DNA of 8,544 nucleotides from a virus (IMGVR_UViG_2703718859_000013), one strand, 5' to 3'; positions 1 to 6,622 are shown, counted from the stretch's first letter. Notes: generated by a model from the sequence alone, not told the origin. Numbers and translations: made by a program.

Positions 1-498
1 GCTCAGGAGGGGGCTAAAACCTGTGAAGAAATAGCGGGTAAGTTCGGCGTTACCACTCGTAAGGTTGCTTCCACGTTGGCGGTAGTAACAGCAACGGGGC
101 GCCTGGTGCGCGTGTCTATCAAGGGAAAATTCCGTTATAAAGTGCCTGGCGTTGAAAACGGCGATTTGAGCGCGTCATCATCGCAGGATGAGAAATCACA
201 CCACGAAGCAGAAAACAGCGCGTCAGGCGGCGAACTGAATCGTTCTCCGTTGATGTCAGAGGGCACGGCAAAGGCCTGTACAGATGAGTTTATCCAGGAT
301 GTTCCGTCGTTCACCGAAAAATATGCTGGTGCAGTGCCCCTTCCACCTCTACGGGCCGCCAGTCGTGAACTTCGTCGCGCCAAAAAACAGGTCCAGAAGT
401 GGGAGCGTGTCTGTGCTGCACTACGTGAGCTGAATAAACACCGGGAAATTGTCATGCAGATTACCGATTCATCCAGCAGTATTGCATCGGAAAAGTGA
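1..498 (+). CDS. Hypothetical phage protein, 5'-partial; frame 1 is open from base 1 and contains an HTH-like segment (CEEIAGKFGVTTRKVASTL)
   Basis: Frame 1 has no stop from position 1 to TGA at 496..498; the first in-window start is TTG at 76 with a weak RBS, so the true start is probably upstream. Sequence is protein-like with a helix-turn-helix-like stretch. Confidence 0.55.
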   Translation, partial: AQEGAKTCEEIAGKFGVTTRKVASTLAVVTATGRLVRVSIKGKFRYKVPGVENGDLSASSSQDEKSHHEAENSASGGELNRSPLMSEGTAKACTDEFIQDVPSFTEKYAGAVPLPPLRAASRELRRAKKQVQKWERVCAALRELNKHREIVMQITDSSSSIASEK

Positions 499-512
499 TA
501 ACTGGAGAGCTT

Positions 513-956
513 ATGGCAAAAGTATTTACACCCGAAGAGCGGGAAAAAATTAAGGAGCAGATCGTTGAATTTGTGCGCCAGAGTGGACGTGAGACGTTAC
601 GGGCTCTGGAAGCTAAAACTGGTGCATCAAGGTATTACATAAACACTCTCGCCAGAGAACTGGTCGCAAGTGGTGATGTTTACAATTCAGGTTACGGATT
701 ATTCCCGTCTGAGCAGGCGCGTAAGGACTGGCAAAATGCCCGCAAAAAACTCTCGAGAGCAAAGGCAAAGAAACCGGTTGTCGTTGATCCCGGTCTTATC
801 CGGGCATTACCCGATGGGGAAATACGGCGCTACGACAGACGCTACAACACAATTTGTCGCGAGTGCCGTAACAGTGAAGCAATGCAGCGTGTGCTGGCAT
901 TCTATAGACGTTGCGCACAGGCAAATAACAGTCTGCATAGCCGTGTATTGGCTTAA
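513..956 (+). CDS. Hypothetical phage protein (about 147 aa), basic, possible DNA-binding
   Basis: ORF 495..956 in track; ATG at 513 is preceded by GGAG at 503..506; stop TAA 954..956; starts immediately after the upstream stop, suggesting co-transcription. Confidence 0.55.
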   Translation: MAKVFTPEEREKIKEQIVEFVRQSGRETLRALEAKTGASRYYINTLARELVASGDVYNSGYGLFPSEQARKDWQNARKKLSRAKAKKPVVVDPGLIRALPDGEIRRYDRRYNTICRECRNSEAMQRVLAFYRRCAQANNSLHSRVLA

Positions 957-968
957 CAGGAGCTAAAC

Positions 969-1469
969 ATGCATTTGAATAAAGAGCATCAATCCATGAT
1001 GGGCAAGCGCCAGACAGAAGAGGCTGTTCGCGATCTGGAAAAACTACTTGGCTATCGTGAAACAAAACTGCTTTTCCTGGTTCCGGTTATTCGCCAGAAG
1101 GTTGAGGAAATTCTTGAAGAAAATGGCATCCCGAAAGAATACATGACGGATGCCATGGAATATTCACTCGAACTGGTACGAATTACTCCTGATCTGACCT
1201 GGCTTGATGAGTATCAACAACAATTTGAGAAAGGCGCAGAAACGTTACTTTCTGCTGCTGATAAAACAGAGCAGAAAACAGAACCATCGGTATTCTGGAA
1301 TACCGTTGAGGCTATTGCCAGGAGCAAGATATTTGAGTTTAACAACATCAATCATTCCGGGAGAGACACTCATCAATCATCACATCTTGAGGGGGTGTCC
1401 ATGCTTCTAGCTCTGTTGCGAGAGCAAGGCGAATGTCCTCAGTCGACATTGAACGACACTGAGCAATAG
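969..1469 (+). CDS. Hypothetical phage protein (166 aa); 3' end overlaps the convergent minus-strand ORF 1348..1638
   Basis: ATG 969 preceded by AGGAG at 958..962; acidic, protein-like composition; the C-terminal ~40 codons overlap a convergent ORF, so the 3' portion may be an artefact of a mosaic junction. Confidence 0.5.
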   Translation: MHLNKEHQSMMGKRQTEEAVRDLEKLLGYRETKLLFLVPVIRQKVEEILEENGIPKEYMTDAMEYSLELVRITPDLTWLDEYQQQFEKGAETLLSAADKTEQKTEPSVFWNTVEAIARSKIFEFNNINHSGRDTHQSSHLEGVSMLLALLREQGECPQSTLNDTEQ

Positions 1470-1638
1470 TCCATCCGTATTTTCCGGCAAGATAAAGATA
1501 TATTGCGTCAAAGCCATAAATAGTCCTTGGATACCCCTCTTTAATAGCCAGAGAGTCCCCGAAGCATTCAAGAAAGTAATTTGAGCGGGCTGTTTCGTAA
1601 TGAAAATTCCAGCGAGCCTGATTGAGTTTTTTGTCCAT
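1348..1638 (-). CDS. Hypothetical small protein (96 aa), opposite to the phage early operon (moron-like)
   Basis: Minus-strand ATG at 1638 preceded by a strong SD (GGAGGA, complement of 1642..1647) with about 5 nt spacing; protein-like composition; no family recognised. Confidence 0.55.
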   Translation of the reverse strand: MDKKLNQARWNFHYETARSNYFLECFGDSLAIKEGYPRTIYGFDAIYLYLAGKYGWTIAQCRSMSTEDIRLALATELEAWTPPQDVMIDECLSRND

Positions 1639-1771
1639 TTATCCTCCATTGTTGCTCTGTTTTGAAAAATGGAGACCTTCACGCTGCAACGTGAGGTCGT
1701 GCGCCGGACACGGGTAAACATCCGGTATTCAAAATTTAATGTTAACGAATTTTTAATATTGAGGTTATGAC

Positions 1772-2029
1772 GTGAACAACAAAATCAATATTCCTCTCGA
1801 AATTAAAGAAATTAACGAAATCATTGAGGTTACTGATCGCCCCGAGTTTACCCTCATGCACCGTTATGAAACGGGAACCGACGAGCAAAAATACATCATG
1901 GTTGCAGCATTGGCTGTGATGGCGATAGAAAGGGAGCGGAGGGAAAAGGACGTAATGGTTATTCCGGCGAGAAATGATTCACCGGATTTGAGATGGCAGG
2001 AGCCGGAGTGGGATGTGGCAATCCGGTGA
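1772..2029 (+). CDS. Hypothetical small protein (85 aa), GTG start
   Basis: Only long ORF over this interval; GTG at 1772 with GAGG at 1761..1764; an upstream ATG at 1766 hits a stop immediately; AT-rich promoter-like region upstream; no family recognised. Confidence 0.45.
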   Translation: MNNKINIPLEIKEINEIIEVTDRPEFTLMHRYETGTDEQKYIMVAALAVMAIERERREKDVMVIPARNDSPDLRWQEPEWDVAIR

Positions 2030-2040
2030 TTGATATTTCT

Positions 2041-2098
2041 CTGGGGTAAAGCGCCGCCAGAATGACGGCGCGGTGAATTTTACGCAGCTTTACCCAGC
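2041..2098. terminator. Nested inverted repeat between convergent genes; candidate bidirectional terminator
   Basis: Outer arms CTGGGGTAAAGC (2041..2052) and GCTTTACCCAG (2087..2097) are near-perfect reverse complements; inner GC-rich hairpin GCGCCG(2051..2056)/CGGCGC(2066..2071) followed by GGTGAATTTT. The right arm overlaps the last codons of the minus-strand gene. Confidence 0.4.
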
Positions 2099-2439
2099 GT
2101 AAAATCAAAGTGGATGTCGTCATACGGAAAAGATGTTCCATTTTCTCCTTTTTCCAGGAGGCCGTTGCTAATCAGTGCGGTTACATCCGTGTGTACGGCT
2201 TTTACGTCACGCCCGACCAGAGCGGCAATCTCACGGATTGACAGTTCTCCGGCACCAGTCATCGCCATGAGTATGTCCATGCGCTTAGGGGTAAGCACTT
2301 TATGCATCATTTGCCAGTCTGGGAATGAAACGATGCTTTCGTTCTTTGACGTCATTCCTTCGGCAACCGCTTTAAAGGCAGACAACACATCTGCCGTGAA
2401 AGCATCCATTGATTCAATACGTATTGTAACTGTTTTCAT
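2080..2439 (-). CDS. Winged-helix DNA-binding protein (about 119 aa), second gene of a bicistronic toxin-antitoxin-like module (putative antitoxin or regulator)
   Basis: Track ORF 2080..2448 (GTG); the likely start is ATG at 2439..2437, 1 nt after the upstream gene's TGA, with GAGGTG as SD; contains a wHTH-like stretch (LSIREIAALVGRDVKAVHTDVTALISNGLLEK). Confidence 0.65.
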   Translation of the reverse strand: MKTVTIRIESMDAFTADVLSAFKAVAEGMTSKNESIVSFPDWQMMHKVLTPKRMDILMAMTGAGELSIREIAALVGRDVKAVHTDVTALISNGLLEKGENGTSFPYDDIHFDFTLGKAA

Positions 2440-2440
2440 A

Positions 2441-2728
2441 TCAGGCACCTCTGCGAATGGATTCTACATCATGGAGGAAGTCAGCAATGAGTTGCTCGAT
2501 GGAAACAAAGTGGGTACTGATTTCCTGAGCACCAATGTGTTTGTGGTCGCCTTTACCTCTTTCGTTGTCGTAGCGCATGACGCAAACACCATCAACAACG
2601 TAAGCCATGCTGTATTTGAAGTTATGGCGGCTACCAAGAACGGCTGGAGCCACCTCCCAGATTTTAATCCTTATGTATTCGGATTCCCCAAGATGGCGAA
2701 TGAACTCTTTATACAGTCTGGATGGCAT
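2441..2728 (-). CDS. Small protein (95 aa), first gene of the bicistronic module; putative toxin or effector partner, family not recognised
   Basis: Minus-strand ATG at 2728 with GGAG SD (complement of 2734..2737); stop TGA (2443..2441) abuts the downstream ATG; promoter-like and palindromic operator-like sequences lie immediately upstream. Confidence 0.6.
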   Translation of the reverse strand: MPSRLYKEFIRHLGESEYIRIKIWEVAPAVLGSRHNFKYSMAYVVDGVCVMRYDNERGKGDHKHIGAQEISTHFVSIEQLIADFLHDVESIRRGA

Positions 2729-2747
2729 AAAAACTCCGTGTATTTAT

Positions 2748-2784
2748 GTTGTTAAGGATAACAACAGTGCATAGCGTTGTCAAT
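2748..2784 (-). promoter_or_regulatory. Candidate sigma70 promoter with overlapping palindromic operator for the minus-strand bicistronic module
   Basis: Minus strand reads TTGACA (complement of 2779..2784), 18-nt spacer, TATCCT (complement of 2755..2760); perfect palindrome GTTGTTA-N4-TAACAAC at 2748..2765 overlaps the -10; ACAACA half-site-like motifs recur at 2790 and 2812. Confidence 0.45.
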
Positions 2785-2805
2785 TAATACAACATCAATG
2801 CTGAG

Positions 2806-2835
2806 TTGACGACAACACTTATCCGGGATTATATT
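2806..2835 (+). promoter_or_regulatory. Candidate sigma70 promoter (TTGACG-N18-TATATT) reading rightward
   Basis: -35-like TTGACG at 2806..2811 and -10-like TATATT at 2830..2835 with 18-nt spacing; by-eye consensus match only. Confidence 0.35.
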
Positions 2836-2893
2836 CTTCGCACGGTCGAGTTGGCCGTCGGGATTGGAACCCCGGATAGAGACCGCGACAAAC

Positions 2894-2918
2894 ACACGCC
2901 GCGAGCGTGTTTTTTATT
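2894..2918 (+). terminator. Rho-independent terminator-like hairpin (nin-region tR-type terminator or 3' end of a short RNA)
   Basis: Stem ACACGC (2894..2899) / GCGTGT (2905..2910), 5-nt loop, followed by TTTTTATT (2911..2918). Confidence 0.55.
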
Positions 2919-3076
2919 GTCGTATGCACGCGCACATCTGAATTATGGTGGGGCGCATGGGGGAGCTGAAAAGCTCGCCGGTCGGTTTCCCGGTAGTTCC
3001 AACCCTGTGCGTCTCACCACCCGATGATTGGAACCTTACGGTGGTGATAGTTTAGAAACCACTAGAGGGCGTCATT

Positions 3077-3742
3077 ATGACAACTCAAATCTCTGTTGAA
3101 ACCATCTCCCCGATTACCCATAACCAGATTCCTGTTATTACCACCGAGCTTTTGGCACAACTTTATGGCACCGAAACTAATAACATCAAAGTGAACTATA
3201 CACGCAATGCCGAGCGTTTTGTTTGTGGGAAACACTACTTCAAATTGGAAGGGGCTGGATTGCGGGAATTTAAGAACAAGGTTACTCAAAGTAACTTAGT
3301 TGCACCGCGTACAAAGCACCTCATCCTCTGGACAGAACGCGGGGCAGCCCGTCACGCAAAAATGCTCGAAACTGATCAGGCATGGGAAGTGTTCGAAAAA
3401 CTGGAAGACTGCTATTTCAGCCAGGGAAAAACAACACAAACCGAACAGCAGCCGCAGATTCAGCCACAATTCACAGCCGAGGAAATCATCCTCCTTTGCT
3501 ACATGCAGCTCTGGATGGAAAAAGCCCAGAACATCAGCAAACACCTGTATCCCATTATGAAAGAGCTGAACTCCTCATACACGAACAAGCTGTATGACAT
3601 TGCATTTGAGACCATCTACATGGTGACGAAGAACAGAGATGCGTTACTGAGGGAGGCTGCACGGCTTGACCAGTCAAGTTTTGTAGTCAAACGGGCCATA
3701 CCAATGCTGAAAAGCCTGCGGGCAAGACAATTCGAGTTTTAA
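3077..3742 (+). CDS. Phage antirepressor-like protein (Roi/Ant-like) with ORF6N-type N-terminal domain (221 aa)
   Basis: ATG 3077 with GAGGG SD at 3065..3069; N-terminus (ITTELLAQLYGTETNNIKVNYTRNAERF) resembles the ORF6N/KilA-type DNA-binding domain of lambdoid antirepressor-like proteins; the C-terminal domain is shared with the next gene. Confidence 0.7.
   Translation: MTTQISVETISPITHNQIPVITTELLAQLYGTETNNIKVNYTRNAERFVCGKHYFKLEGAGLREFKNKVTQSNLVAPRTKHLILWTERGAARHAKMLETDQAWEVFEKLEDCYFSQGKTTQTEQQPQIQPQFTAEEIILLCYMQLWMEKAQNISKHLYPIMKELNSSYTNKLYDIAFETIYMVTKNRDALLREAARLDQSSFVVKRAIPMLKSLRARQFEF
3458..3525 (+). repeat. Direct repeat copy 1 (68 bp, 67/68 identical to 4345..4412) inside antirepressor paralog 1
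   Basis: Aligned by eye: ATTCAGCC(A/G)CAATTCACAGCCGAGGAAATCATCCTCCTTTGCTACATGCAGCTCTGGATGGAAAAAGC. Confidence 0.85.
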
Positions 3743-3750
3743 GGCCAGAT

Positions 3751-3780
3751 TTGACAAATCCGCATTAGCGGGGATATATT
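3751..3780 (+). promoter_or_regulatory. Candidate sigma70 promoter (TTGACA-N18-TATATT) upstream of the second antirepressor-like gene
   Basis: Perfect -35 TTGACA at 3751..3756 and TATATT at 3775..3780 with 18-nt spacing; would give a leader of about 210 nt before ATG 3997. Confidence 0.35.
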
Positions 3781-3996
3781 CCGCTCCATGGTGCTGAACA
3801 CACCTTCGAAAGCGGAAACCGCGCCCGTCAGTCATGCGGATTTTTTATGTCCATTTTTCAGATATGGTCGGGTAGCGCGTATACCGAAAAACAGCCGCAA
3901 GGCTAAGGATGCGGGCCGAACTTTCGACGGTGTTCAAGTACCCGACCGCCCTGCTGAACACGGGGTGATCTGAACGAATCGAAAGGACATAAAACT

Positions 3997-4629
3997 ATGA
4001 GCACTCAACTTGTATTCCACAATGTTCAATTCCAGACCGTTCAACGAGATGGTCTACTGTGGTTGTCTGCCCCCCAAATAGCCAGCGCGTTACAATATGC
4101 AGATCAAAGCTCGGTAACACGCATCTATGCCCGTCACGCAGATGAATTCACAAACGGTATGACAGCCTCGGTCAAATTGACCGATCCTAAAGGGGACAAG
4201 CAAGAGACTCGCATCTTCTCATTACGCGGCGCTCACCTAATAGCGATGTTTGCTCGAACTCCAATAGCAAAAGAGTTTCGTCGCTGGGTATTGGATATTC
4301 TGGACCGTGAAGCTGAAAAAAGCGCTATACCGCCACAACCTCATATTCAGCCGCAATTCACAGCCGAGGAAATCATCCTCCTTTGCTACATGCAGCTCTG
4401 GATGGAAAAAGCACAACAACTCAGTAAGCAGCTATACCCAGTAATGAGAGAACTGAACTCTGATTACTACGGGAAACTGTTTGATCTGGCCTACGAGACT
4501 CGTCATATAACCAACCGGACTCGCGACACATTGCTCCGCGAAGCAGCAAAACTTGATCCCGCCAACTATATGGTGCATAGGGCCAGAAGCATGCTGGCGC
4601 AACTACGGGCAAGACAATTTGAATTCTGA
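3997..4629 (+). CDS. Phage antirepressor-like protein with Bro-N/Ant-type N-terminal domain (210 aa); paralog of 3077..3742 in the C-terminal domain
   Basis: ATG 3997 with AAAGGA SD; N-terminus (FQTVQRDGLLWLSAPQIASALQY) resembles the Bro-N/antirepressor N-terminal domain; C-terminal ~95 aa are about 65 percent identical to the preceding gene. Confidence 0.7.
   Translation: MSTQLVFHNVQFQTVQRDGLLWLSAPQIASALQYADQSSVTRIYARHADEFTNGMTASVKLTDPKGDKQETRIFSLRGAHLIAMFARTPIAKEFRRWVLDILDREAEKSAIPPQPHIQPQFTAEEIILLCYMQLWMEKAQQLSKQLYPVMRELNSDYYGKLFDLAYETRHITNRTRDTLLREAAKLDPANYMVHRARSMLAQLRARQFEF
4345..4412 (+). repeat. Direct repeat copy 2 (68 bp) inside antirepressor paralog 2
   Basis: 67/68 identity with 3458..3525; spacing 887 bp. 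Confidence 0.85.
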
Positions 4630-4635
4630 AACTAA

Positions 4636-4658
4636 AGGAGCTTCGGCTCCTTTTTTGT
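4636..4658 (+). terminator. Rho-independent terminator (UUCG tetraloop hairpin plus T-run), nin-region tR-type
   Basis: AGGAGC (4636..4641) TTCG GCTCCT (4646..4651) followed by a T6 run; sits 7 nt after the stop of the second antirepressor-like gene and before ninB. Confidence 0.75.
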
Positions 4659-4683
4659 TGGGAAAATCCAATGAGAGGGAATA

Positions 4684-5094
4684 ATGAACCAGACTATCTT
4701 CCTCCGAAGTAAGCAGCAGCAACAATTCGCCATTAACGCCATCCTTGCAACAACTCTCGATAAAGACAAACCCGTTACGATCCGCATCACCGATTACAAG
4801 CGGAATCTCGATCAAAATGCCAAATTTCACGCGATGGTCGCTGATATCTCCCGACAGGTTCAGTGGTGCGGCAGATGGCTAAAACCAGAACAGTGGAAAG
4901 TTTTGTTAATCAGCGGTCATGCCGTGGCGACAAAACAGGAAGCTGATGTTTTGCCAGGTCTTGAAGGTGAATACGTCAATATCCGCGAAAGCAGTGCGCA
5001 GATGAGCGTGAAGCGTATGGCAAGCCTGATTGAGTACACAACTTCCTGGGCTGTGGAGCAGGGTGTCAGATTTACCGACAGGAGGTATGAATGA
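4684..5094 (+). CDS. ninB: NinB (Orf-family recombination protein)
   Basis: 136-aa product with clear similarity to lambda NinB as recalled (SLDQN, VSRQVxWxGRWL, EQWK motifs); GAGGG SD before ATG 4684. Confidence 0.8.
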   Translation: MNQTIFLRSKQQQQFAINAILATTLDKDKPVTIRITDYKRNLDQNAKFHAMVADISRQVQWCGRWLKPEQWKVLLISGHAVATKQEADVLPGLEGEYVNIRESSAQMSVKRMASLIEYTTSWAVEQGVRFTDRRYE

Positions 5095-5282
5095 GACGAC
5101 AGCGACGAAGCATTACCGATATAGTCTGTGAAAACTGCAATTACCTTCCAACGAAACGCTCCCGAAATAAACCCAGGCCAATCCCCAACGAATCTGATGT
5201 AAAAACCTTCAATTATACGTCTCCCCTGTGGGATGTCCGGTGGCTCAGACGTCGTGCAAGATTTAATAGTCACTCCGGATAG
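5091..5282 (+). CDS. ninE: NinE
   Basis: 63-aa product [28 protein letters not shown]... is near-identical to lambda NinE as recalled; ATGA start/stop overlap with ninB. Confidence 0.8.
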   Translation: MRRQRRSITDIVCENCNYLPTKRSRNKPRPIPNESDVKTFNYTSPLWDVRWLRRRARFNSHSG

Positions 5283-5302
5283 TTCAATGTACGAGGAATA
5301 AG

Positions 5303-5596
5303 ATGATGGCAAACCTACGCAAAGAAGCGCGTGGCAGAGAATGTCAGGTACGGATTTACGGCGTATGCAATGGCAATCCTGAAACTACAGTTTTGGCGCA
5401 TTACCGAATAGCTGGAATTTGCGGAACGGGAATGAAGCCAGATGACCTGTTGGCTGCATGGGCCTGTAGTGACTGCCATAATGAAATCGATCGCCGTACT
5501 CGCATTCTCGACAACAATGACGCCAGACTTTACCACCTGGAAGGTGTGATCAGGACGCAGGCGATACTGCTGAAGGAGGGGAAAATTAAGTCATGA
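5303..5596 (+). CDS. Cys-rich small nin-region protein (DUF1364-like, putative zinc-binding), 97 aa
   Basis: C-x6-C and C-x2-C-H motifs; sits immediately upstream of rusA with an ATGA overlap, an arrangement common in lambdoid nin regions; family name is from memory. Confidence 0.6.
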   Translation: MMANLRKEARGRECQVRIYGVCNGNPETTVLAHYRIAGICGTGMKPDDLLAAWACSDCHNEIDRRTRILDNNDARLYHLEGVIRTQAILLKEGKIKS

Positions 5597-5955
5597 ATGA
5601 ATATGAGTTTGTGCTTCCCTGGCCGCCGACGGTGAATACCTACTGGCGAAGACGGGGAAGCCAGTACTACATCAGCGATAAAGGCCAGAAATACCGAAAA
5701 GACGTACAGCAAATCATCCGGCAACTCAGATTAGACATTTTCACTAAATCACGACTTCGCATCACAATTATTGCTGAACCACCAGATTCCCGCCGTCGCG
5801 ACCTCGATAACATCCTGAAAGGTTTACTCGACTCTCTTATCTACGCCGGATTTGCGGAAGACGACGAGCAATTCGATGACATTCGCGTAATTCGCGGCGT
5901 GAAAGTGCCTGGCGGTAGAGTGGGGATAAAAATCACCGAACTGGAGAACATTTGA
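5593..5955 (+). CDS. rusA: Holliday junction resolvase RusA
   Basis: 120-aa product with the RusA N-terminal LPWPP motif, the RRRDLDN catalytic region and the GFxxDDxQ motif; start overlaps the upstream stop. Confidence 0.85.
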   Translation: MNEYEFVLPWPPTVNTYWRRRGSQYYISDKGQKYRKDVQQIIRQLRLDIFTKSRLRITIIAEPPDSRRRDLDNILKGLLDSLIYAGFAEDDEQFDDIRVIRGVKVPGGRVGIKITELENI

Positions 5956-6149
5956 TGAATGCTAAAATTCAAACGATACCTGAATTACTGATCTGCACCA
6001 GGGGAAATCAGACCGAAGTGGCCCGAATACTGAACTGCAATCGTGCCACAGTCAGAAAATACATTGGCGATAAAGAAGGGAAAAGACACGCTATCGTCAA
6101 CGGTGTTCTTATGGTTCACCGCGGATGGGGTAAAGATACTGATGCGTGA
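5955..6149 (+). CDS. ninH: NinH-like small HTH protein
   Basis: 64-aa product ([41 protein letters not shown]) closely resembles lambda NinH as recalled; ATG 5955 overlaps the rusA stop by 1 nt. Confidence 0.75.
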   Translation: MNAKIQTIPELLICTRGNQTEVARILNCNRATVRKYIGDKEGKRHAIVNGVLMVHRGWGKDTDA

Positions 6150-6576
6150 TATCCGGCAGGTTCTTGAGCGCTGGGGGGCATGGGCGGCAAATAACTATGA
6201 GGATGTTACATGGTCGCCCATTGCTGCCGGATTTAAGGGACTGATCCCCGAAAAAGTAAAATCACGTCCACAGTGTTGTGACGATGACGCGATGATTATA
6301 TGCGGGTGTATGGCTCGCCTTAACAGGAACAACAGTGATCTGCATGACTTGCTGGTTGATTATTACGTGTTGGGGGAGACGTTCATGGCGCTGGCACGGA
6401 AACATGGGTGCTCTGACACCTGTATAGGTAAACGCCTTCACAAAGCGGAGGGGATTGTTGAAGGCATGCTGATGATGCTGGGAGTGAGGCTTGAGATGGA
6501 TCGGTATGTTGAGCGTGAATTGCCGGGAGGGAGAACCTCTGTATTTTATCAGCGAAAAAATAGTTTACGATCGTAA
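6142..6576 (+). CDS. Q: Late-gene antiterminator Q (144 aa)
   Basis: Product from [18 protein letters not shown]... matches the Q antiterminator of Stx-phage lineages as recalled; ATG 6142 overlaps the ninH end by 8 nt; track ORF 6043 is an in-frame upstream extension. Confidence 0.85.
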   Translation: MRDIRQVLERWGAWAANNYEDVTWSPIAAGFKGLIPEKVKSRPQCCDDDAMIICGCMARLNRNNSDLHDLLVDYYVLGETFMALARKHGCSDTCIGKRLHKAEGIVEGMLMMLGVRLEMDRYVERELPGGRTSVFYQRKNSLRS

Positions 6577-6622
6577 AAATCTGCATATCATGATAAGAGT
6601 GGTTACATTGCTACGCTGCTTA

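Noticed and set aside
135-455. 106-aa minus-strand ORF
   Set aside because: Antisense to the partial HTH-containing + ORF; Arg/Ser-rich low-complexity translation; no start context.
670-1065. Overlapping ORFs 670..966 (+) and 796..1065 (-)
   Set aside because: Alternative-frame or antisense overlaps of the better-supported CDS 513..956; no independent RBS support.
1204-1721. ORFs 1204..1410 (+) and 1407..1721 (-)
   Set aside because: Out-of-frame overlaps of the + ORF 969..1469 and the minus ORF 1348..1638; the 104-aa minus ORF would run across the divergent intergenic region and lacks the strong SD that 1638 has.
2114-2755. 213-aa ORF on the + strand
   Set aside because: It lies entirely antisense to the two minus-strand genes, which have good RBSs, tight coupling and a promoter with operator; its translation is Ser/Thr/Val-rich and low-complexity with no RBS, typical of a shadow ORF.
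2806-3027. 73-aa TTG-start ORF in the GC-rich island
   Set aside because: Non-canonical start without an SD, Gly/Arg-rich translation, and it spans a strong terminator hairpin; more likely non-coding.
3296-3597. Three ORFs inside or antisense to the first antirepressor gene (3296..3544 -, 3300..3560 +, 3382..3597 +)
   Set aside because: All are embedded in a CDS with clear domain homology; compositionally biased alternative-frame products.
3788-3973. 61-aa ORF in the inter-antirepressor spacer
   Set aside because: No SD before the ATG and Arg/Pro-rich composition; the region looks like a leader or regulatory sequence.
4237-4830. Minus-strand ORFs 4237..4419, 4421..4612 and 4603..4830
   Set aside because: Antisense to the second antirepressor gene and ninB, and one spans the 4636..4658 terminator; no start signals.
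4917-5724. Minus-strand ORFs antisense to ninB, ninE, the Cys-rich ORF and rusA (131, 73 and 64 aa)
   Set aside because: The + strand genes here have clear homology and coupled starts; the antisense ORFs are shadow frames.
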